Translations under genes and position numbers: made by a program
Notes under the pieces: model-generated
Told to the model about the DNA's origin: nothing
The model's input: the letters and a program-made list of their open reading frames with translations, nothing else
Databases searched by the model: none
Assembly (NCBI GenBank): GCA_003056265.1
Contig: NBVN01000002.1
Span: 30,001-62,000 of the forward strand
Length of the DNA: 32,000 bases
Reading direction: 5' to 3'
Origin: Zestosphaera tikiterensis
GTDB lineage: Archaea; Thermoproteota; Thermoprotei_A; Sulfolobales; NBVN01
Part shown: in pieces, positions 26,606-32,000 of the stretch
Position numbering within the stretch: the stretch's first letter is position 1
Layout: every line of letters starts with the position of its first letter

Positions 26606-27730
26606 ATGAAGATTCAAGAACTTGAGGCTGAGGTTAACTACTTAAGAAATGAGGTTAACTACTATAAGAAAGAGATTGAGAAGCTTATGTCAACGCCTTT
26701 AATCGAAGGCGTTCTTCTGGAGGTACTACCCGACGGTAGGGCAGTGGTTAAGAGCTCGACAGGCCCTAACTTAATCGTTGAGATTTCAGGTAGTGTAGAC
26801 GTTAGTAAGCTTAGGTCGGGATCTAGAGTGGCTTTAAATCAAAGGGGTTCAGCCGTAGTTAGCGTCTTACCAACTATAGAGGATCCATACGTTAAAGCTA
26901 TGGAGATAGATGAGAGGCCTAATGTGAGGTATAGCGACGTAGGGGGTTTAGACGAGCAGATTAGGGAGTTAAGGGAGGTTATAGAGCTCCCTCTGAAGAA
27001 CCCTGAGCTGTTTAAGGAGTTAGGTATTGAACCACCTAAAGGCGTTCTCCTATACGGCCCTCCAGGATGCGGTAAGACCTTACTAGCTAAGGCCGTTGCC
27101 GGCGAGTCAAACGCCACGTTCATAAGCTTGGTTTCCTCCGAACTCGCTCAGAAGTTCGTTGGTGAAGGTGCTAGAATAGTTCGTGAGCTATTCGACTACG
27201 CTAGGAAGAAAGCCCCTTCGATAGTTTTAATTGATGAGATAGACGCTATAGCTGCTAAGAGGCTTGACCTAGGTACGAGCGGGGAGAGGGAAATACATAG
27301 AACGTTAACGCAACTCCTCGCTGAGTTAGATGGTTTCGACCCGTTAGACAACGTTAAAGTTATAGCGACTACCAATAGGTTGGACGTCATAGACCCAGCG
27401 CTTCTAAGGCCTGGGAGGTTCGATAGGTTGATTTACGTACCACTACCTGATTTGAAGGGTAGGGTAAGCATATTTAAGATACATACGAGGAAGATGAAGT
27501 TGAAGGACGTGGATGTTGAGGAGCTTGCTAGGCTTACCGAAGGCGCTTCAGGAGCTGACATTAAAGCCATATGTACTGAAGCGGGTTTCTCAGCTTTACG
27601 TGCTGGACGACGCTACGTTTCTATGGAGGACTTCAGGTACGCGATAGAGAAGGTTTTGAAGGGTAGGTTCAGGCCTTACGCTGAAGGAAGTGATGTTGAG
27701 GGACGTCGCGGCGTTCACACGGTGGTTTAG
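26606..27730 (+). CDS. pan: Proteasome-activating nucleotidase (PAN, AAA+ ATPase)
   Basis: An N-terminal coiled coil ([25 protein letters not shown]) is followed by an OB region. Walker A is [15 protein letters not shown], Walker B is [10 protein letters not shown], and the second region of homology is [20 protein letters not shown]. An in-frame TGA at 26531 excludes a longer N-terminus. Confidence 0.9.
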   Translation: MKIQELEAEVNYLRNEVNYYKKEIEKLMSTPLIEGVLLEVLPDGRAVVKSSTGPNLIVEISGSVDVSKLRSGSRVALNQRGSAVVSVLPTIEDPYVKAMEIDERPNVRYSDVGGLDEQIRELREVIELPLKNPELFKELGIEPPKGVLLYGPPGCGKTLLAKAVAGESNATFISLVSSELAQKFVGEGARIVRELFDYARKKAPSIVLIDEIDAIAAKRLDLGTSGEREIHRTLTQLLAELDGFDPLDNVKVIATTNRLDVIDPALLRPGRFDRLIYVPLPDLKGRVSIFKIHTRKMKLKDVDVEELARLTEGASGADIKAICTEAGFSALRAGRRYVSMEDFRYAIEKVLKGRFRPYAEGSDVEGRRGVHTVV

Positions 27731-27733
27731 AGG

Positions 27734-28237
27734 TTGAGCTACGTTAGGAAACCAACGAATGAGGAGTTAAGGTTCTTAAGATCGATAATGAACTATCAAT
27801 TCATGATTGATGAGGCGGATAAGGTAATAACGGATGACGTCCTACTACGCGTTTCTAAAAATACGGGGAGGATTAGAGCTGTGTTGGATGGCGCAACAGG
27901 TAAGACTATAGCTACTTTAGTTGCTTCCACCCATACCTTCAACCTATGGTTGGAGGGTGGCTTACGTCTTCATAGGGTAGTACCTAAACCTAAGTTAAGG
28001 GTGATTGTGTTTAACGAGATCTCAGACGGTGTTGTCGAGGCTAAGTCAACGGTTTTCGCTAAGCATGTCCTCTCAATAGATGAGGATCTTAGAAGCGGTG
28101 ATGAGGTTTTAGTGGTTGACGAGGATGATAACCTGCTTTGCGTAGGTAGGTTGGTTTTATCCCCTGATGAGGTTATGCAGTTATTAGTTGGTCCGGCAGT
28201 TAAGGTTAGGGAGTGTGTGAAGTATGAGAGCGGTTGA
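27734..28237 (+). CDS. Stand-alone PUA-domain protein resembling the archaeosine-TGT C-terminal region (C2+PUA, COG1370-like)
   Basis: The N-terminus reads RKPTNEELRFLRSIMNYQF. The C-terminal region STVFAKHVLSIDEDLRSGDEVLVVDEDDNLLCVGRLVLSPDEV...GPAVKVRE matches the PUA pattern. Confidence 0.65.
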   Translation: MSYVRKPTNEELRFLRSIMNYQFMIDEADKVITDDVLLRVSKNTGRIRAVLDGATGKTIATLVASTHTFNLWLEGGLRLHRVVPKPKLRVIVFNEISDGVVEAKSTVFAKHVLSIDEDLRSGDEVLVVDEDDNLLCVGRLVLSPDEVMQLLVGPAVKVRECVKYESG

Positions 28238-28958
28238 AATCTACGTATACGATGAGTTTAAGGATTTGCTAAACGGTAGGGGTAGGAAGTGGATTTTAAT
28301 AACGGGCTTCCCCGGCTTCGGATACGTGGGGACTATAGCCACTAAATACCTAACGACTAAACTCGGCGGGGTTAAGGTCGGCGACGTCATAACTAAGTAT
28401 ATGCCGGATTTCGCCGCTGTGGAGGACTACGGCTTAATGACCCCCTACGAGATCTTCCTAATCGAAGACCATAGCCTGATCGTGTTAGTTAATAACGCCC
28501 TACCATCCACGCCTGAGAGGGTTCCATACGCTTTAGCGTTGGCTGAGTGGTTCCTCAAGAACAACGGCTTTAAAGCTATAATGACTGGAGGTTTAAACGT
28601 AAAGCTTAAGGAAGGTGAGGAGGAGTTCCGCTGGATATGCAGTAACAACTGCGGATGGAGTTTTAAAGAACCGACTTTAAGTAAGGGTAACTATATAGTC
28701 GGCCCCCTAGCTACGTTCTACACGGTCTTCAACTTAAAGAGGATACCAACTCTGCTTATCCTACCTTACACAGAACCCAGTAAATATGATCCGTCCGCCG
28801 CGGCGGTATTCATACGTAAACTTAACGAGATATTAAACCTAAACGTGGACGTTAACGACTTACTGCAGTATTCAAAGCTTGTTGCTTATGCGGAGGCTTT
28901 AATCGAGGAGACCGTTAGGAAGTCTAAGGAGGATAGGAGTCCTAAACCATATATGTGA
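28224..28958 (+). CDS. PAC2-family (proteasome assembly chaperone, PbaB-like) protein
   Basis: ILITGFPGFGYVGTIATKYL matches the PAC2 N-terminal GFPG.G.VG motif. The protein is about 244 aa and ends in ...KPYM. It is in an operon with PAN and overlaps the upstream gene by 14 nt. Confidence 0.6.
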   Translation: MRAVEIYVYDEFKDLLNGRGRKWILITGFPGFGYVGTIATKYLTTKLGGVKVGDVITKYMPDFAAVEDYGLMTPYEIFLIEDHSLIVLVNNALPSTPERVPYALALAEWFLKNNGFKAIMTGGLNVKLKEGEEEFRWICSNNCGWSFKEPTLSKGNYIVGPLATFYTVFNLKRIPTLLILPYTEPSKYDPSAAAVFIRKLNEILNLNVDVNDLLQYSKLVAYAEALIEETVRKSKEDRSPKPYM

Positions 28959-28966
28959 TCGTTTTA

Positions 28967-30541
28967 TTAATTAACGCAAACCTCAGCAAACTTGACGTTA
29001 CCTACACCTACTTCCTCAACCACCTGCTTAAGTACTTCAGCTTTACTCCACGGGAAACTATCGCATGTTATGATCAAGACTTCAGAGTTTTTAGGTATTT
29101 CACGTATTAACTTCTTAACGCGTTCAAACATGTTATCGATTAAAGTCTTATCTACTTCATCAGGCATTTCAAACTGTGCGTATGGGTAGGCTTGATCGAT
29201 ATCTAACGGTATAATGTCGAAGAAGGGTATGTAGATTAAAACCTCATCCGATTCCTTAACTAAGCCTCTATCAAAGGCTTTCTTAAGGAGTGATGACTCC
29301 CTAAACGGTTTTTCCTTAGGATGCCCCGGCAGTAAGACGTATGTCCTACCCTCCTTAAGCTTCAAACGTTTTAAGACGTTCCTCCTATGTCTAATTAACT
29401 CCGTTCTGTAGTATGAAGTAACGTCGTAGAGGAATATGGCGTGAGCATCGCCCTTAAACCTACTGTCAAGTCTTTCAACCCACTCAACATACTTTATGAA
29501 TTCGTTGAACGCCTCCCTTAAGGCTGGGTGGGACCTAGCGCGTTCTTCAATAAGCTCCCAAAGCCTCCCCTCCTTAATCGCCGTTTTAGTTCTTTTCAAC
29601 TCTCTATTGATTACGTGTAGGTTATGTATAGCTATGAGTTTAGACCTCTCAAGCTTGTCTAACTTCATCAACTCCTCAGGCGTGTATCTACTGCATACCT
29701 CACATTCACATGGTAGGTAGCTTAAATCGTTTAGTTTGTAAGTTCCGTGTTCCGTCATATACCTATCGTCTCGAGCGTAAAGTATATATGAAGCTGAGTC
29801 GAAGCTATCCACACCTAAAGCAACCATTAAAGGTATTATTAATGGGTGGCCACCGCCGAATAGATGTATAGGCTTACTTAACGGTAGGTTCATCTTCGCG
29901 GTAACAACCATCTCAACGATTTTCTTGAAGTCGTATTTCTCAAGGACGGTTACTGGAGAGCCGATTGCGTACATTTCATAGCCTTCTATCTCCCTCCCCT
30001 CCCTAGCTGATTTAGCTACTAACTCTGGGTAGACACCCCCTTGAATCGGTAGAACCCACAGCGTGTCACTACCCTGTATGTAGGGGCTTACCTCCCTAGC
30101 CCTACGTAAAGTCTCCACAACGCTTTCTAAGGCTTCATCGTATGTTGAGTCGTCTCTAGTCGGTATGTCGGCAATTACCGCTATATCCGAGCCTATCTCC
30201 TTCTGATATAGGACTATCTCCACTGGATCTATCTGAATCCTCCCCCTACCGTATATGAGGAGTTGATAAGCGCCGGAATCCGTCATCACAACCCCTTTAA
30301 ACCCCGTAACTCCCTTAACGCCTAACTCCTTAGCTTTATCGCCTAAGTTCTGCTTTATTATGAACGCGTTAGTTATTACTTGCTTAAAACCTATCTCAAA
30401 TATCTTATCTGGCGGTACCTCCTTAACCTGCTTAAACGGGTTGATCACAGGGAAGAAAGCCGGCGTTTCAACAACGCCTGACTTAGTTCGAAGCTTCCCT
30501 ATACGTCCGGCGAGATCCTTATCCTTAATTTCAAAAAACAT
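28967..30541 (-). CDS. tgtA: Archaeosine tRNA-guanine transglycosylase (ArcTGT), 524 aa, apparently without a C-terminal PUA domain
   Basis: The N-terminus reads DLAGRIGKLRTKSGVVETPAFFPVINP. It has the MTDSGAYQL catalytic region, GGGHP, and the zinc site CECEVCSRY...H. Confidence 0.88.
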   Translation of the reverse strand: MFFEIKDKDLAGRIGKLRTKSGVVETPAFFPVINPFKQVKEVPPDKIFEIGFKQVITNAFIIKQNLGDKAKELGVKGVTGFKGVVMTDSGAYQLLIYGRGRIQIDPVEIVLYQKEIGSDIAVIADIPTRDDSTYDEALESVVETLRRAREVSPYIQGSDTLWVLPIQGGVYPELVAKSAREGREIEGYEMYAIGSPVTVLEKYDFKKIVEMVVTAKMNLPLSKPIHLFGGGHPLIIPLMVALGVDSFDSASYILYARDDRYMTEHGTYKLNDLSYLPCECEVCSRYTPEELMKLDKLERSKLIAIHNLHVINRELKRTKTAIKEGRLWELIEERARSHPALREAFNEFIKYVEWVERLDSRFKGDAHAIFLYDVTSYYRTELIRHRRNVLKRLKLKEGRTYVLLPGHPKEKPFRESSLLKKAFDRGLVKESDEVLIYIPFFDIIPLDIDQAYPYAQFEMPDEVDKTLIDNMFERVKKLIREIPKNSEVLIITCDSFPWSKAEVLKQVVEEVGVGNVKFAEVCVN

Positions 30542-30562
30542 GGTTTGAAATCCCTAAATCGA

Positions 30563-31033
30563 TTAAGTGGTTATAGGTGCTCCACGCTTCTTAAGGTCTA
30601 TATACTCCTGAAGTACGCTGTAAAGCTTGCTTGCTAACGCGCCAGCACCTTCAACGCCGTTTTCAGTTATTTTATACCTATCGTAAACTAAAACCGACTT
30701 AGCTTCCTTAATAACTTTAATGGAGTTAAGCGGTATGTTTAACTTACTTGCTACGAACTTAGCGAATTCCTCCGGGTCGAAAGTAGGTCTCTGCTCGAAG
30801 ATTATCTCGGATATCCTACCTCCGTTTATAAAGACCTTATAGAGGACCCTACCGTCTTGAGTTCTAGCGTTCTCTAGAACTAGGTGGAGCGATAACCTAT
30901 CGCTTAAGTCAATCCCTATAAGCGTCCCAACGTATGTGGTTCCATCAACAAGCTTAACGACGATTTCATTACCTACTAAGCCGTTTAACTCGGTAATCAA
31001 GTTCCTTAAAGCAAACTGCGGCGTTACCCCCAC
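30563..31033 (-). CDS. Sm-like archaeal protein with a C-terminal extension (SmAP3-like)
   Basis: The N-terminal Sm fold reads LNGLVGNEIVVKLVDGTTYVGTLIGIDLSDRLSLHLVLENA...VFINGGRISEIIF. An extra domain of about 75 aa follows. The size (156 aa) is as reported for crenarchaeal SmAP3. Confidence 0.6.
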   Translation of the reverse strand: MGVTPQFALRNLITELNGLVGNEIVVKLVDGTTYVGTLIGIDLSDRLSLHLVLENARTQDGRVLYKVFINGGRISEIIFEQRPTFDPEEFAKFVASKLNIPLNSIKVIKEAKSVLVYDRYKITENGVEGAGALASKLYSVLQEYIDLKKRGAPITT

Positions 31034-31143
31034 CTTTCACACCTAAACTTCATATAGCTTTAACATATTTTAAGTGTTTAAAAGAAGTCTTAAGCGATAA
31101 ATACCCATCACCTTATAATCCTTGAAGGGATTATGTAGATTAG

Positions 31144-31713
31144 GTGAGTGTAGTGTCTAGCGACGTAACGTATTGCGAGATGTGCGGTAGGCCGGTTAGA
31201 AGACGTGAAGCTAAGATAGTGTTCGTAGAGGGAGCTAGACTTACTTTATGCGGTAGTTGCTACTCTAAAGTATCTAGAGGTGCTTTAGCTTCTGAGATTA
31301 AGGAAGCCACCGCAAAACCTACGAAGCCTCAAACCGTAAGTAAGCCTGCGGAAACCTCGAAAACCCCTTCCCCACCTAAGAGGATATCCCTTGAGGAGTA
31401 TGAGGTCGTGCCAGACTACGCTGAAAGAATTCGAAAAGCTCGGGAGAAGCTTGGATGGACTCAGAAAGTCTTGGCGGAAGCTGTTAAAGAAAGTGAGAAC
31501 GTGATAAAGAGGGTGGAGGCGGGTAGGTTAACGCCCTCCGTAGACCTAGCTTTAAAGCTGGAGAAAGCCTTAGGGATTAAGTTGTTGGAGCCTATAGCCG
31601 ACGTTGAAGTTACCTCCCAAGACATTACTTCAAAACCTAAGAAAGACCTTACGTTAGGTGACGTTGTGGTTATTAGGAAGAAGGAGGACAGAGGGGGTGG
31701 CGGGGAGGGTTAG
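31144..31713 (+). CDS. mbf1: Archaeal multiprotein bridging factor 1 (aMBF1): zinc ribbon plus XRE-type HTH
   Basis: The N-terminus has CEMCGRPV...CGSCY. The C-terminal HTH reads IRKAREKLGWTQKVLAEAVKESENVIKRVEAGRLTPSVDLALKLEKALGIKL. Confidence 0.82.
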   Translation: MSVVSSDVTYCEMCGRPVRRREAKIVFVEGARLTLCGSCYSKVSRGALASEIKEATAKPTKPQTVSKPAETSKTPSPPKRISLEEYEVVPDYAERIRKAREKLGWTQKVLAEAVKESENVIKRVEAGRLTPSVDLALKLEKALGIKLLEPIADVEVTSQDITSKPKKDLTLGDVVVIRKKEDRGGGGEG

Positions 31714-32000
31714 GAACGGATACCGTAAGAACGTAGTGCTTATTTCTAGGTTGGAAGACTTAAGTGAGGCTAGGGCGTTAGTTGAGACTTTAAACTTTAG
31801 AGTTGTTGATGAAGTTGTTTTAAAGAATTCATTCAAACCAAACGTTAATTACTTCCTGGATCTGGAGAGGTTGAAGGCGCTTAAGGATAGGTTAGACGGC
31901 GATTCGTTAAATTTCGTGAACTCAATCTACATATATGAAGTCCTCCACCCCAGGCAAACGATAAACTTGATTAAGGAGTTTAAGAGGGAGGTTAAGGATA
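31697..32000 (+). CDS. hflX: GTPase HflX, N-terminal fragment. It runs off the window, is absent from the ORF track, and its start is uncertain (GTG 31697 or GTG 31736).
   Basis: Hand translation gives ...KNVVLISRLEDLSEARALVETLNFRVVDEVVLKNSFKPNVNYFLDLERLKALKDRL...IYIYEVLHPRQTINLIKEFKREVKD, open to the window end. The pattern parallels the Sulfolobus HflX N-domain as I recall it (...IFEQLKPRHFINIRRELKGKEVLD). Confidence 0.65.
   Translation, partial: MAGRVRNGYRKNVVLISRLEDLSEARALVETLNFRVVDEVVLKNSFKPNVNYFLDLERLKALKDRLDGDSLNFVNSIYIYEVLHPRQTINLIKEFKREVKD

Noticed and set aside
31100-31125. Short inverted repeat TAATCC-ttgaag-GGATTA next to the TATA-like element upstream of mbf1
   Set aside because: It has only 6 bp arms in AT-rich promoter DNA. 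It could be an operator, but it is well within chance expectation.
1-32000. Search for CRISPR arrays, tRNA/rRNA genes, IS elements, integrases and att-type direct repeats
   Set aside because: I saw no regularly spaced repeats, no T-loop (GGTTCGAATCC-like) or cloverleaf candidates in the intergenic regions I read, and no transposase or integrase motifs in any ORF. A by-eye scan cannot exclude short or degenerate elements, so tRNAscan-SE, Infernal and a repeat finder should be run.

Overview
The gene content marks this as an archaeal, Crenarchaeota/Thermoprotei-type chromosome segment. It has a topoisomerase VI B/A operon, thermosome, Rpo8, Cgi121, aMBF1, an SmAP3-like protein, archaeosine TGT, PAN, ABCE1 and a split-type tRNA-splicing endonuclease subunit. 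Genes are tightly packed in short operons with 1-26 nt overlaps, TATA-like boxes about 25-40 nt upstream of first genes, and GGAGGT Shine-Dalgarno sites before internal genes. Most of the window (about 6.3-32 kb) is information-processing and proteostasis housekeeping. The left-hand 3.7-4.2 kb looks different: it is AT-richer on spot counts and has no recognisable housekeeping genes. It carries an orphan ABC/SMC-type ATPase translationally coupled to a 138-aa protein of unknown fold, which is my best candidate for an undescribed two-gene (defence-like) system. A decayed ORF and an edge-truncated membrane protein missing from the ORF track lie next to it. Other notable items: (1) a 434-aa intein with a degenerate LAGLIDADG domain, inserted inside the Toprim DxD motif of Top6A; (2) a HerA/FtsK-type ATPase split by a -1 frameshift at a T-AAA-AAC run; (3) a promoter- and terminator-flanked 27-codon ORF encoding only Met, Glu and Trp; (4) an operon of four paralogous 4xCBS-only proteins; (5) one good and one weaker C/D box sRNA candidate, convergent in one intergenic region; (6) a PAN / PUA-protein / PAC2 operon next to a PUA-less archaeosine TGT. 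I found no CRISPR array, rRNA or tRNA. All family assignments come from motif reading and recollection, not database searches.
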